Positions 54,269-64,000 of a stretch of DNA of 64,000 bases are shown here, piece by piece. The notes under the pieces were generated by a model that saw nothing but the letters and a program-made list of their open reading frames with translations, made no database searches and was not told the DNA's origin. The translations under genes were made by a program, and so were the position numbers. Numbering within the stretch: position 1 is the stretch's first letter; every line of letters begins with the position of its first letter. This DNA comes from Nannocystis bainbridge (GTDB taxonomy: Bacteria; Myxococcota_A; Polyangia; Nannocystales; Nannocystaceae). The stretch lies in assembly GCF_028368995.1 (NCBI RefSeq), contig NZ_JAQNDL010000001.1:2944001-3008000 (forward strand), written 5' to 3'.

Positions 54269-56764
54269 TTGTCCCTCGCACCGCCAGCGCGCCCGCCCGC
54301 GCGACCCGCCGCCGGCCCCGGTCCGTGGCCGCTCGGGCTGGCCGCCGCCGCGGTCGCGGGCCTGGTGCTGATCCCCGGCCACGGCGCGCACGGCCTGTGG
54401 TCGCAGGGCGAGATCGGGGCGCTGCAGCGCGCCCAGGCGGCCCTCGGCGCCGCGCTCTCGGGCCTGGAGCGCAGCCCGTGGCTGCCCGACGCCCTGCGGA
54501 CGCAGGCGCTCGCGCTCGTCGGCGACCCGGCGGCGATCCGCCTGCCCGGCGCGCTCGCCACCTGTGCCCTCGTGGCGCTGGCCGCCGGCCTGGCTCGCGC
54601 GCTCGGCCTGTCGGCGACGATCTCCGCGCTGGCCGGCATGTTCGCCCTGGCCTTCCCGCTGTCGCTCACTCAGGGCCGCCTGGCCCTCGGCGATCCGATC
54701 GGCGAGCTGGCCGGGACCGTCGCCGCGCTGCTGCTCGCCGCCGCCCTGGCCAGCCCGCGCCTCGCCCGCGGCCTGGGCCTCGCCGCAGCCGGCAGCCTGG
54801 CCCTGGCCCTCGCCGCCACCGCCTCGGGCCTGTGGCTCGGCGTGGTCCTCCCGCTGGCCGCCGCCGCGCTGTGGGGACCTGTCCCCGCGAGCATGTCCTC
54901 AGGAACATCTCTAAAAAGGCATGTTCCAGGGGACATGTCCGATGGATTATGCTCTGAAGCACATGCCCATTCAGACATGTCCGCCCGGACATCTCCGGAT
55001 GACGTCACCGCGAACCTGACCGCCGCGCCGTCCGGCCTCGGCACCGCGAGCCTGGCCGCCGCGCCGTCAGCTTCGTCCGGCCTCGGCGACGCTCCCGCGA
55101 GCCTGGCTGTCGGACCGGCGGACGTCTCGTCCCGCCGCGGCCCGGCCCCCGCCTCACCTGTCTCTTCGGACCTGTCCTCGCGGCCATCTCGATTGCAGAC
55201 CCCGCTGCGGCTGGTGCTGGTCGCCGGCGCCGTCGCGGCCGCCGGCGTGGCCGGCTGGCTCGCCTACAATCAGGGCGACGGCTACATCCCCGCGCTCGGG
55301 GCCGCCAAGGACATGGTCCTGCGCGAGCGGCCGCACGTGCGGGGCTTCCACGCCGCGCTCGAGGACTGCGGCTACCAGCTGTTCCCGTGGCTGCCGCTGG
55401 TGCTGCTCGGGCTGCTGCAGCCGGGGCGGGCCCGCTGGCCCGCGCTGTGGTTCGCCGTCGGCCTGGCGCTGGCCAGCGCCTCGTCGCTGCTGTACGGCGC
55501 GCGCGCGGTGCCGCTGACGGTGCCCGCCGCCGTGCTCGCCGCCGCCGCCTTCGCCCGCCTCGTCTCCCCGCGCACGCCCGCGGCCGCGCGTCGGCTGGCC
55601 CTCGTGCTCGCCCTCGCCGGCTGCTGGATCTTCGCCAAGGACGCCCGCCGCACCCCCAGCCGGATCGGCGCCGCCCTGGCGCCCACGCGCGGCGAGCACA
55701 ACTACCCCGCCGCCGACCTCGGCGCCGCCGACCTGCTGTCCGGCCTCGCCGGCGGGGCCGCCGTCGCGCTTGTCCTTTCGGCCATGTTCTCCGCGCCAGG
55801 TCCCGGAGGACAGGGCTCTTCGCGCATGTCGAGAAAGCTCTACGCGCTGCGGACCCGCCTGCCCGGCTGGCTGCCGGCCGCGATCATGGTCGCCTGCCTC
55901 GGCCGGCAGGCGTGGAGCTACGGCCGCGACCTGCTGCCGCGGACCAGCGAGCAGTTCTCGCTGCTGCGCCCGCTGACGCGCTGGGCCGCGTGGACCGAGG
56001 CTGGCGCGCTGCCGCCGACCCTCGGCGTCCACCGCGTGTCCGACCCCGGCCTCGAGCTCTACGGCCCGGCCCCGGACCTGCGGGTCCCGCTGGCCACCCG
56101 CGAGGCGCTGGCCAACGTGCTGCGCCAGCCGGCCCCGGCGGCCGCGCTGATCCGCACCAGCGAGCTGGCGGCGCTGCACCAGACCGCCCGCGCCGGCGGC
56201 TTCTCGTTGCACGTGCTCGACGCCAGCAACCGCGACGTCCTCCTGATCGCCAACACCCTGCCGCCGGGCGCGGACGACATGAACCCGATCCGCCGGGTCC
56301 TGTTCGACGAGCCGCCGGCGCTGGCCCACCCGACGCTGCTGCGCTTCGACGACTTCGTCGAGGTGATCGCGTGGGAGTGGGACGAGCCGGTGGTGCGCGG
56401 CCGCGAGGTCGAGCTGCGCGTGGTCCTGCGCCCGCTCAAGGCCATGCCGAGCGGCAGCAAGATCACCGTGCGGCTGCAGCAGGGCCGGCTGTCGCGCGTC
56501 AACCCGATGCCGCACGACCTGGTCGAGAACATCTACCCCCCGCAGTACTGGCGCCCCGGCGACTACCTGCTGCACCGCTTCCGCGTCCACGTGCCGACGC
56601 TCGAGATCGTGCCCGGCCCGCACGAGGTGGTGATCGGCATGCGCCGGACCGAGTCCAGCAACTACAAGATCACCGTCCCCGAGGGCGAGACCGGCGAGCA
56701 CGGCGTGCGCGTGTTCGCCGGCCCGCACGAGTTCGCCGTCGTCGGCGAGCTGCAGGTCTGGTAG
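54269..56764 (+). CDS. Multi-pass membrane protein, ArnT/GT39-like, with inserted repeat-derived loops
   Basis: Many TM segments; GLWSQGE, RLPGAL, FPWLP; C-terminal soluble domain YPPQYWRPGD; TTG start uncertain. Confidence 0.7.
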   Translation: MSLAPPARPPARPAAGPGPWPLGLAAAAVAGLVLIPGHGAHGLWSQGEIGALQRAQAALGAALSGLERSPWLPDALRTQALALVGDPAAIRLPGALATCALVALAAGLARALGLSATISALAGMFALAFPLSLTQGRLALGDPIGELAGTVAALLLAAALASPRLARGLGLAAAGSLALALAATASGLWLGVVLPLAAAALWGPVPASMSSGTSLKRHVPGDMSDGLCSEAHAHSDMSARTSPDDVTANLTAAPSGLGTASLAAAPSASSGLGDAPASLAVGPADVSSRRGPAPASPVSSDLSSRPSRLQTPLRLVLVAGAVAAAGVAGWLAYNQGDGYIPALGAAKDMVLRERPHVRGFHAALEDCGYQLFPWLPLVLLGLLQPGRARWPALWFAVGLALASASSLLYGARAVPLTVPAAVLAAAAFARLVSPRTPAAARRLALVLALAGCWIFAKDARRTPSRIGAALAPTRGEHNYPAADLGAADLLSGLAGGAAVALVLSAMFSAPGPGGQGSSRMSRKLYALRTRLPGWLPAAIMVACLGRQAWSYGRDLLPRTSEQFSLLRPLTRWAAWTEAGALPPTLGVHRVSDPGLELYGPAPDLRVPLATREALANVLRQPAPAAALIRTSELAALHQTARAGGFSLHVLDASNRDVLLIANTLPPGADDMNPIRRVLFDEPPALAHPTLLRFDDFVEVIAWEWDEPVVRGREVELRVVLRPLKAMPSGSKITVRLQQGRLSRVNPMPHDLVENIYPPQYWRPGDYLLHRFRVHVPTLEIVPGPHEVVIGMRRTESSNYKITVPEGETGEHGVRVFAGPHEFAVVGELQVW
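54874..54999. repeat. Nine-core 14-bp-phased array in frame inside a CDS
   Basis: Cores at 54878, 54892, 54906, 54920, 54934, 54948, 54962, 54976, 54990. Confidence 0.9.
55766..55831. repeat. Five-core degenerate 14-bp-phased array inside the same CDS
   Basis: CTTG 55769, CATG 55783, CAGG 55797, CAGG 55811, CATG 55825. Confidence 0.75.
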
Positions 56765-56785
56765 ACCTGTCCTTCGGGACATCTA
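56762..56785. repeat. Two-core element forming a hairpin that spans both stop codons of convergent genes
   Basis: TAGACCTGTCC-TTCG-GGACATCTA; cores 56766, 56780. Confidence 0.8.
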
Positions 56786-57640
56786 CGTCGATACCACCCG
56801 CGAGGTCGTGCGCACGAACGTGGCGATGTGCTGCGCGCTGGCCTCGGGGTGCTGGTGGTGCGGGCCGTGGCCGGCCGACGGGTACGTCAGCAGCTGCACC
56901 GTCGGCAGCGTCTGGTTCAGCGCGTACCAATTCTCGACGGGAAAGACGATGTCGTGGTCGCCGGCGATGTGGAGGATCGGCAGCGTCGTCGCTCGCAGCG
57001 CCGCCAGCACCGGCAGCGCCGGGAAGATCGGCGCGGACGGGTCGCCGGACAGGTTGGCGCGGGCGAACTCGGCCGGCACCGGCGGGCTGCGGTCCGTCGT
57101 GCGCGCGGCGATGCGGTCGGCCGAGCGCCGGGCCGCCGCGCGGCTCTCGGGCGAGCGCGGCTCGAAGAACAGGATCACCTCGTCCTCGAAATCGTTGACC
57201 TCGCGCCCCGCCGTGGCGAAAAACAGCGCCTCCGCCGGCTTGACGTTCGGCCCCGGCGGCGTGGTCCCCAGCAGCACCGCGTGGCTCAGGTGCGTCGGGT
57301 GCAGGGCCACGAGCACCTGGGCGACCAGGCCGCCGAGCGACCAGCCGCCGATCACCACCTCGCGCAGCCCCAGCGCCTCGATGAGGTCGCGCGGGTCGTT
57401 CACCATCACGAACGGATCGTAGCTCGCGGTCCCGGTCGACAGCCCGAGGCCGCTGTAGTCGAACGTGATCACGCGGAAGCCAGCTGCCACCAGCGCGTCG
57501 AGGAAGGCCGGGTCCCAGCAATCCAGGTTGCCGCGGAAGCGGGTGCAGAGGACGATCGGCTGGCCGTCGCCGATCGCTCGATACGCCAGACGGCGGCCGT
57601 GGATGTCGATGAACTGATTCGCTGCGTCGATGGCGGACAT
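56783..57640 (-). CDS. Alpha/beta hydrolase
   Basis: GWSLGG nucleophile elbow, GDHD, AGHG. Confidence 0.9.
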   Translation of the reverse strand: MSAIDAANQFIDIHGRRLAYRAIGDGQPIVLCTRFRGNLDCWDPAFLDALVAAGFRVITFDYSGLGLSTGTASYDPFVMVNDPRDLIEALGLREVVIGGWSLGGLVAQVLVALHPTHLSHAVLLGTTPPGPNVKPAEALFFATAGREVNDFEDEVILFFEPRSPESRAAARRSADRIAARTTDRSPPVPAEFARANLSGDPSAPIFPALPVLAALRATTLPILHIAGDHDIVFPVENWYALNQTLPTVQLLTYPSAGHGPHHQHPEASAQHIATFVRTTSRVVST

Positions 57641-58090
57641 GCTGCCGGTGTAGCCCCGGCGACGGCGCGGCAAAACCCGACCAAGGTCGGATGCGGCGTC
57701 CGGGCGACAAGCGCGAGAACTCGCGGTCCTGTGAATCGCGGGCGCGATCGATACGACGAGCGTGTTGCGACGAAGCCGCGGTGCCATCAATGCTGCGTCG
57801 TTCCAGGCACCGCCGAATCGAATCACCACAGTCGCAGCGACGATTCGCCCCGGGCCTGACGCCGTGACGCCTGGCGCTGCGATCGCTCGAGGAGGGCGGG
57901 GTCGGGTCCGCTGTCCGGCCTCGCCCGACCCCCCGACTGCGCGATCTCCTCACCCGGCGCCGCGCCGGACCGGCGTTCCGGCGCCCGGCGGCCGCGGCCT
58001 GCGGAGATCGCGCGATGCCACCAGCGGCCGGCCCGGGCAGAAACGTGACAGCCGAGACGGATCGCGCGGCTGGCGGCCACCGCCTCGCCC

Positions 58091-58178
58091 AAACTGTCCG
58101 AAAAGACATGCTGTCTCCGCTTCGAAGTCACGACCATCGCAATGCATGTTTCTTCGGACATGTCCTCGGAGACATCTA
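58091..58178. repeat. 14-bp-phased elements in a divergent intergenic region
   Basis: Cores 58093/58107 and 58145/58159/58173. Confidence 0.8.
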
Positions 58179-58307
58179 TCTGCGCTGCGACTGGTGCCAA
58201 TTGTGATGATTCGGCGGCCACCCGGGCAGTCACCGAGGAGGCTTCCTGAACACAACGCGGCGAACACGCAGCATTCGCGCGTTCTGCGTCGTGATAGCTT
58301 CCGGCCA

Positions 58308-59231
58308 ATGCGTAACCCTCGTTTCGCCTCTCCTGCCTTCTTCTTCTTGCTCGCGGCTGCTGGCTGCTCCGATCCGTCAGCGCTCACCGACACGTTGGCC
58401 ACCGACACTGGCACGACGACCGGTACCGGCACCGACACCACGACCGGCGTGTTGCCGACGACCACGGACAAGCCGACCTCGACCACCGACGAGACGACCT
58501 CGACTTCGACCACCGAGCCGGGCACCTCGACGACGCCGGACCCGATCACCAGCACCACCGTCGATCCGAGCACCACCACGACCACCACGGATACGACGGC
58601 GACCACCGATACCACCACCACGACGGACGCGACCACCGACACCACCACGGACGCGACCACCGACACCACCACGGACGCGACCACCGAGACGACGACGGAC
58701 GCGACCACCGACACGTCCACGACCACGGACGCGACCACGGACGCGACCACCGAGACCGGCACCACCGAGACCACCACCGAGACCACCACCGAGACCGGCA
58801 CCACCGAGACCACCACCACCACCGAGACCGGCACCACCGAGACCGGCACCACCGAGACCAGCACCACCGAGACCGGCACCACCGGTGAGCCCGCGTGCAC
58901 CCCGGGCGAACCCCTGTGCGCCTGCATCGAGAACGAGTGCAACAACGGCGCCCCGTGCGTCCTCGGCGAGTGCCCCCAGGCCTCCGACCTGTGTCCGTGG
59001 GAGTTCGACGGCGAGTGCGACGAGGGCACCTTCTGCGACGAGGGCACCGACCCGTTCGACTGCTGCGCCTCCCCGGAGAACGGCGTGTGCGAGGAGCACA
59101 CCGCCCCCGGCGGCACCTGCTCCAAGGGCACCGACTTCTGGGACTGCGGCTACTGCCCGTGGGTCGACGACGGCGAGTGCGACGACGGCATCTACTGCCC
59201 CGAGGGCTCGGACGTGAACGACTGCGCGTGA
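58308..59231 (+). CDS. Lipoprotein with very long Thr-rich tandem-repeat stalk and Cys/Asp-rich repeats
   Basis: LAAAGC lipobox; DATTDTTT and TTETG repeats; CPWxxDGECD motif x2. Confidence 0.82.
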   Translation: MRNPRFASPAFFFLLAAAGCSDPSALTDTLATDTGTTTGTGTDTTTGVLPTTTDKPTSTTDETTSTSTTEPGTSTTPDPITSTTVDPSTTTTTTDTTATTDTTTTTDATTDTTTDATTDTTTDATTETTTDATTDTSTTTDATTDATTETGTTETTTETTTETGTTETTTTTETGTTETGTTETSTTETGTTGEPACTPGEPLCACIENECNNGAPCVLGECPQASDLCPWEFDGECDEGTFCDEGTDPFDCCASPENGVCEEHTAPGGTCSKGTDFWDCGYCPWVDDGECDDGIYCPEGSDVNDCA

Positions 59232-59272
59232 CGCCGCCCGCGCGGACGGGGCTCTGCTAGCCTCGTCCGCGC

Positions 59273-60622
59273 ATGGCCCCCGTCGCCCCGCAGGTGTTCG
59301 CCGTCAGCGAGCTGGTCAATCGCGCCCACCGCAGCATCGAGCAGCAGTTCCCGCCGCTGTGGGTCGAGGGCGAGATCACCAACCTGCGGCTCGTCAACAG
59401 CGGCCACGCCTACTTCACCCTGCGCGACAGCCACGCCGTCCTGCCGGTGGCGATGTGGCGCAGCGCCCTCTCGCGCCTGCGCCACCGCCTCGCTGACGGC
59501 CAGCTGTTCCGCGTCTACGGCCGCCTCGGCATCTACGCCCAGCAGGGCAAGTTCCAGCTGTACGCCGAGCGGGCCGAGCCGGCCGGCCTCGGCGCGCGCA
59601 TGCAGCAGCTCGAGCAGCTCAAGGCCAAGCTGGCCGCCGAGGGCCTGTTCGCGCGCGAGCGCAAGCGACCGATCCCCGCCTGGCCGCGCACCGTCGGCGT
59701 CGTCACCTCTGCCAGCGGCGCCGCGATCCACGACATCCTCAAGGTCGCCCGCAGCCGCTGCCCGGTGCGCATCCTCCTGTCGCCCGCGCAGGTCCAGGGC
59801 GACGACGCCGCCTTCAGCATGGTGCGCGCGCTGCAGCGGCTGCAGCGGCGGCCGGGCGTCGACGTGATCATCCTCGGCCGCGGCGGCGGGGCCCAGGAGG
59901 ACCTGTGGGCCTTCAACGACGAGGGCCTCGCGCGGGCTGTCGCCGCCTGTCCGGTGCCCGTCGTGTCCGCCGTCGGTCACGAGGTCGACATCACGATCTG
60001 CGACTTCGTCGCCGACCTCCGCGCCGCCACCCCCTCGCACGCCGCCGAGCTGGTGGTGCCCGACCGCGACGGCTACCTCGCGCGCCTCCACCACGTCGAG
60101 CGCCGGCTCGTCCTCGCCACCAAGCGGCGCGTCCTCGACGAGCGCGCCCGCCTCGAGCTGATCGATCGCCGCCTCGCCGCCATCGGCCATCGCCTCGTGC
60201 TCGCGCCGCGGCGCCGCCTCGACGCCTTGCTCGCGCGCCTCGGCAACCAGCACCCGCGCGCTCGCCTGGCCCGCGACCGTCGCCTGCTCGTCGCCTTGCA
60301 GGCGCGCCTGATGGCCCAGCACCCGCGCCACCGGCTCGACCGCGCCCGCCGGCGCCTGCTCGCCGCCGAGCTCGCCCTGCGTGAGCGCGCCCGGGTGCTC
60401 GCCCAGCCCGCGCGCCTGCGCCTCGCTCGCGCTGCCGCGGCCCTGAACGCCCTCAGCCCGCTCGCCGTGCTGCAGCGCGGCTTCGCCGTCGTCTCCGCCG
60501 AAGCGGGCGTCGTCACCGACGTCGCTCAGGTCGCGGCCGGTGACGCCGTGCGCGTGGAGCTCGCGCGCGGGGCCTTCTCGGCGCAGGTCACCGCTGTCGA
60601 GCCGGTGAAACTACCTTCATGA
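59273..60622 (+). CDS. xseA: Exodeoxyribonuclease VII large subunit
   Basis: WVEGEI, SGHAYFTLRD, RGGG, SAVGHE, ADLRAATPS, LSPLAVLQRGF. Confidence 0.95.
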   Translation: MAPVAPQVFAVSELVNRAHRSIEQQFPPLWVEGEITNLRLVNSGHAYFTLRDSHAVLPVAMWRSALSRLRHRLADGQLFRVYGRLGIYAQQGKFQLYAERAEPAGLGARMQQLEQLKAKLAAEGLFARERKRPIPAWPRTVGVVTSASGAAIHDILKVARSRCPVRILLSPAQVQGDDAAFSMVRALQRLQRRPGVDVIILGRGGGAQEDLWAFNDEGLARAVAACPVPVVSAVGHEVDITICDFVADLRAATPSHAAELVVPDRDGYLARLHHVERRLVLATKRRVLDERARLELIDRRLAAIGHRLVLAPRRRLDALLARLGNQHPRARLARDRRLLVALQARLMAQHPRHRLDRARRRLLAAELALRERARVLAQPARLRLARAAAALNALSPLAVLQRGFAVVSAEAGVVTDVAQVAAGDAVRVELARGAFSAQVTAVEPVKLPS

Positions 60623-60830
60623 TGAAGCGCGGTTCATCGCCGTTTGCCAGCTGGGGCCTCCGAGCCGCGAGTTGGCCGCTGTCGCCCCGCGCGGGCGGAT
60701 GAATCCTGTCTCGGCTCTCTTGAACCGCGCTTCTCCCCTCGACTAGGCTGAGCCTCGTTCCCGCCGGCCGGCGCGCCCCGCCGCCTGTCTCGAGGGACAT
60801 GGCTCCAAGGACAGCATTCGAGGCTTCGCA

Positions 60831-62447
60831 ATGAGCAACCGCAACGTCCCCGCCGACGGGCTCGCCGGCCTGCGTCAGAACCTGCAGTCGGACCTGGTGG
60901 CCGGCTTCCTCGTCTTCTTGATCGCGCTCCCGTTGTCGCTGGGGATCTCGATGGCCAGCGGGTTCCCGCCGGTCGCCGGCATCTTCACCGCGATCATCGG
61001 CGGCCTGGTCGTCAGCCTGTTCATGGGCGCGCGGGTCACGATCAAGGGCCCGGCCGCGGGCCTCATCGTCATCGCGCTCGGCTGCATCGAGGAGCTGTCG
61101 CGCGGCGTCACCCCGGTGCTCGGCTACCAGTACGCGCTGGCGGTGATCGTCGCCGCCGGCGTGGTCCAGATCGTGTTCGGCCTGATCCGCGCCGGCGTCA
61201 TGGCCGATTTCTTCCCGTCGGCGGCGGTCCACGGGATGCTGGCCGCGATCGGCATCATCATCGCCTCGAAGCAGATGCACGTCATGGTCGGCGTCGACCC
61301 GGCGGCCAAGACCCCGCTCGGCCAGATCGCCGAGCTGCCGCAGCGGATCCTCGACAACAACCCCGAGATCGCGCTGATCGGCCTGCTGAGCCTCACCATC
61401 CTCGTCCTCATGCCGCGCCTGCGGCACCCGATCGTGCGCAAGATCCCCGCGCCGCTGGTCGTCCTGCTGCTCAGCATCCCGCTCGGCATCTACTTCGACC
61501 TCGACCACGAGCACAACTACCGCTTCGCCGGCCACGAGTATCACCTCGCCCCGAGCATGTTGGTCAACCGGCTCGACAACCTGGTCGGGATGATCACCCT
61601 CCCCGACTTCTCCAACCTCGCCAACTGGACCTCGATCAAGTGGATCATCGCCTTCGCGCTGGTCGGCAGCATCGAGTCGGTGGCCAGCGCCAAGGCGGTC
61701 GACACCCTCGACCCGCACAAGCGCAAGTCGGACTTCAACCGCGACCTCCTGGCTGTCGGCGTCGGCAACACCGCGGCCGGCATGATCGGCGGTCTGCCGA
61801 TGATCTCGGAGATCGTGCGTTCGTCGGCCAACATCAACAACGGCGCCAAGACCCGCTGGGCCAACTTCTTCCACGGCGCCTTCTTGCTCGGCTTCGTCGT
61901 GCTCGCGCCCGGGCTCATCCACATGATCCCCAAGGCCGCGCTGGCGGCGATGCTGGTGTTCACCGGGTTCCGCCTGGCGCACCCGCGCGAGTTCATCCAC
62001 ACCGCGCAGGTCGGCAAGGACCAGCTCCTGGTGTTCCTCGTCACCATCGCCGTCACCGTCGGCGAGGACCTGCTGCTCGGCATCTTCGCCGGCATCGCCA
62101 CCAAGCTGCTGCTGCACATCATGCGCGGCGCCCCGGTGAGCGCGCTGTTCAAGCCCGACCTCGAGGTGCGCGACATCGACGGCGGCACCACTCGCATCAC
62201 CGCGCGCAAGGCCGCGATCTTCAGCAACTACATCGGCCTCAAGCGCGCCATCGATCGCGTGCCCGCGCCGCGCAACGTGGTCGTCGACCTGCATGCCACG
62301 CGGCTCGTCGACCACACGGTGATGGAGCGTCTGCAGGAGCTCGCGCGCGACATGGAACACGAGGGACGTGAACTGACAGTCGTGGGTCTCGAAGGCCACA
62401 AGCCAGTGTCAGGAAATACGCTCGCTGCGCGAACCCGTGCCGCCTGA
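60831..62447 (+). CDS. SulP-family anion transporter with STAS-like C-terminus
   Basis: DLVAGFLVFLIALPLSLGI, IKGPAAGL, GGLPMISEIVRSS. Confidence 0.93.
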   Translation: MSNRNVPADGLAGLRQNLQSDLVAGFLVFLIALPLSLGISMASGFPPVAGIFTAIIGGLVVSLFMGARVTIKGPAAGLIVIALGCIEELSRGVTPVLGYQYALAVIVAAGVVQIVFGLIRAGVMADFFPSAAVHGMLAAIGIIIASKQMHVMVGVDPAAKTPLGQIAELPQRILDNNPEIALIGLLSLTILVLMPRLRHPIVRKIPAPLVVLLLSIPLGIYFDLDHEHNYRFAGHEYHLAPSMLVNRLDNLVGMITLPDFSNLANWTSIKWIIAFALVGSIESVASAKAVDTLDPHKRKSDFNRDLLAVGVGNTAAGMIGGLPMISEIVRSSANINNGAKTRWANFFHGAFLLGFVVLAPGLIHMIPKAALAAMLVFTGFRLAHPREFIHTAQVGKDQLLVFLVTIAVTVGEDLLLGIFAGIATKLLLHIMRGAPVSALFKPDLEVRDIDGGTTRITARKAAIFSNYIGLKRAIDRVPAPRNVVVDLHATRLVDHTVMERLQELARDMEHEGRELTVVGLEGHKPVSGNTLAARTRAA

Positions 62448-62591
62448 AATCCATTTCGCGGATCGGCGGGCGCGCCGTCCGCCGAAAACTTGATTTGCGT
62501 CTCGTCGAGGGGTTGCGCCCCCCGCTGATTCCTCCATAGACTGCCAACTCCCCGCAGCAGCCTCTGCGGGGAACTGCAGGGAGGAACATCG

Positions 62592-63671
62592 ATGCGAGAC
62601 GCGGCGAATGAGCACTCTCCACGACCCCTGGCCCAGCGCCTCGCGCTGTACGCCACCCTCGGCGCCGGCCTCGGTCTCGTCACCTGCGTGGCCGTACCGG
62701 CCAAAGAGAATGCGCCGTCGCCAATGCAATCGGTGCTGGCCGCGGGGGGGGCCGATCTCCCCGATACATCAATCCCACCGGCGCGCGCGCCGGCCGACCA
62801 TATCCCACTCGCGATTCCGGTCTCGGCGGATTCCGCGGACTCCCCGAATGCACAATCGGGGTCGTCGCCCCCCGCGCTCGCGGATGCAGCGGCCGACGAG
62901 CCGCTGCACGAGGTGTTCTGGACCGCGCACGAGAAACTGTCGCTCGACGCGCTCGCCATCGCCTGGGGCGTCAAAGCCGCGCAGCTCAGCGAGCTCAACC
63001 CCGAGCTCGACCGCGGCGCGCCGGTCACCGAGGGCACCAAGCTCCTGGTCTACCGCCACGACCCCGAGCACCCGCCGCAGTCGATCGGCTCGCCCAACCG
63101 CGGCAAGCTGCGCAACGGCATGCCCCTGCCCGAAGGGCCAGGTTGGCGCCTGCGCACCCACCGGCCGCGCACCTACGGCACCGTCAACACCATCCGCGCG
63201 CTGGTCGACGCCTTCGAGGACTTCGGCGAGCGCTTCCCCGACGGCCCGAAGATCCGCGTCGGCGAGCTGGCCCGCCGCAGCGGCGGCCGCGTGCCCCCGC
63301 ACCGCTCGCACCGCTCCGGCCGCGACATCGACATCGGCTACATCTTCCACGGCATCGACGACGGCGAGCACCGCTGGAAGTACATGAACGTCCGCAACTT
63401 CGACGCCGAGAAGAACTGGGCCCTGGTCCAGGAGCTGCTCGACACCGACCAGGTGCAGACGATCTACATCGCCAAGAAGCTGCAGAAGCTGCTGCACAAG
63501 GAGGCCCAGAAGCACCTCCCGCCCGAGCAGCTGGCCGCGCTGTTCGAGTACCCGAAGACCTCCGAGAGCCCGCACGCCAAGATCCAGCACTGGCGCGGCC
63601 ACTCCAACCACATGCACGTCCGCTTCCAGTGCGAGTCCGGCAACCGCCGCTGCAGCGCCCGCAGCAAGTGA
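62592..63671 (+). CDS. MepA-like penicillin-insensitive murein endopeptidase with LysM-like region
   Basis: SIGSPNRGKL, HRSHRSGRDIDI, HSNHMHVRF. Confidence 0.85.
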   Translation: MRDAANEHSPRPLAQRLALYATLGAGLGLVTCVAVPAKENAPSPMQSVLAAGGADLPDTSIPPARAPADHIPLAIPVSADSADSPNAQSGSSPPALADAAADEPLHEVFWTAHEKLSLDALAIAWGVKAAQLSELNPELDRGAPVTEGTKLLVYRHDPEHPPQSIGSPNRGKLRNGMPLPEGPGWRLRTHRPRTYGTVNTIRALVDAFEDFGERFPDGPKIRVGELARRSGGRVPPHRSHRSGRDIDIGYIFHGIDDGEHRWKYMNVRNFDAEKNWALVQELLDTDQVQTIYIAKKLQKLLHKEAQKHLPPEQLAALFEYPKTSESPHAKIQHWRGHSNHMHVRFQCESGNRRCSARSK

Positions 63672-63690
63672 GGCGCGGCACCGGTCCTCG

Positions 63691-63716
63691 AGGACATGTC
63701 GTAATCGACATGTCCT
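63691..63716. repeat. Two-core palindrome at a convergent junction
   Basis: AGGACATGTCG-TAAT-CGACATGTCCT; CATG at 63695, 63709. Confidence 0.88.
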
Positions 63717-63999
63717 AACGAGCCGCTCGCTTGCCGCCCCGCGCCCGCCCGCCCGTCCGGGCGGGCTTGTCGTCGATGCCGGCCTGCCGCCGCAGGAACC
63801 CGCCGAACAGCGGCACGGCGAACGAGTAGGCGCCGCGGCGATTCTTGTAGACCAGGCCGATCTCGCACAGCGCCGCCAGCATCTGCGTCAGGCCGCTGCT
63901 GCTGAACGGCTTGCCCGGGCCGGCGCGTGAGCTCTCGACCAGCTCCGCGGGCGTGAACTCCTCGACCTCCGCGCGCTCGAGCCGGGCCGCCAGCAGCAG
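63715..63999 (-). CDS. C-terminal winged-helix end of a probable ATP-binding protein; truncated by the window edge
   Basis: Manual translation ...EFTPAELV...GLVYKNRRGAYSFAVPLFGGFLRRQ...stop; absent from the ORF track because no start lies in the window. Confidence 0.65.
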   Translation of the reverse strand: MLLAARLERAEVEEFTPAELVESSRAGPGKPFSSSGLTQMLAALCEIGLVYKNRRGAYSFAVPLFGGFLRRQAGIDDKPARTGGRARGGKRAAR

Positions 64000-64000
64000 C

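Noticed and set aside
62549-62572. Hairpin TCCCCGCAG-N6-CTGCGGGGA upstream of the MepA-like gene
   Set aside because: A single GC stem without a U-tract or recognisable riboswitch features; insufficient support.

Overview
Very GC-rich bacterial DNA. The gene content (Cys-rich lipoproteins with Thr/Ser linkers, an ECF sigma cassette, a Ser/Thr kinase with a propeller domain, an ACP-KS-AT-AT PKS) suggests a myxobacterium, probably Nannocystis-like; this is inference. From left to right: (i) the 3' part of an azole/azoline RiPP cluster (E1-YcaO fusion, SagB-type dehydrogenase, stand-alone E1/RRE protein); (ii) GH1, SDR and two orphan or immunity-like genes; (iii) a beta-barrel / membrane-tethered ECF sigma / lipoprotein cassette with a duplicated promoter-like motif; (iv) a compact PKS-NRPS(Gly) cluster with an atypical Cys-nucleophile thioesterase; (v) housekeeping and accessory genes (SOD, TonB receptor, ftsQ-ftsA and a separated ftsZ, aroE, cytochrome c peroxidase, DksA/TraR, OYE, IorAB-like oxidoreductase, M61 peptidase, xseA, SulP, MepA-like). 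Three signals are missed by the ORF track. First, a dispersed palindromic repeat family (core GGACATGTCC) with CATG-like cores phased every 14 bp, at more than 20 loci, both at convergent gene junctions and inside coding sequences. Second, a CxxU SelW/Rdx selenoprotein with a SECIS-like hairpin. Third, a dense GATC cluster upstream of ftsZ. No rRNA, tRNA, CRISPR array or transposase was recognised. Start codons were picked by eye.
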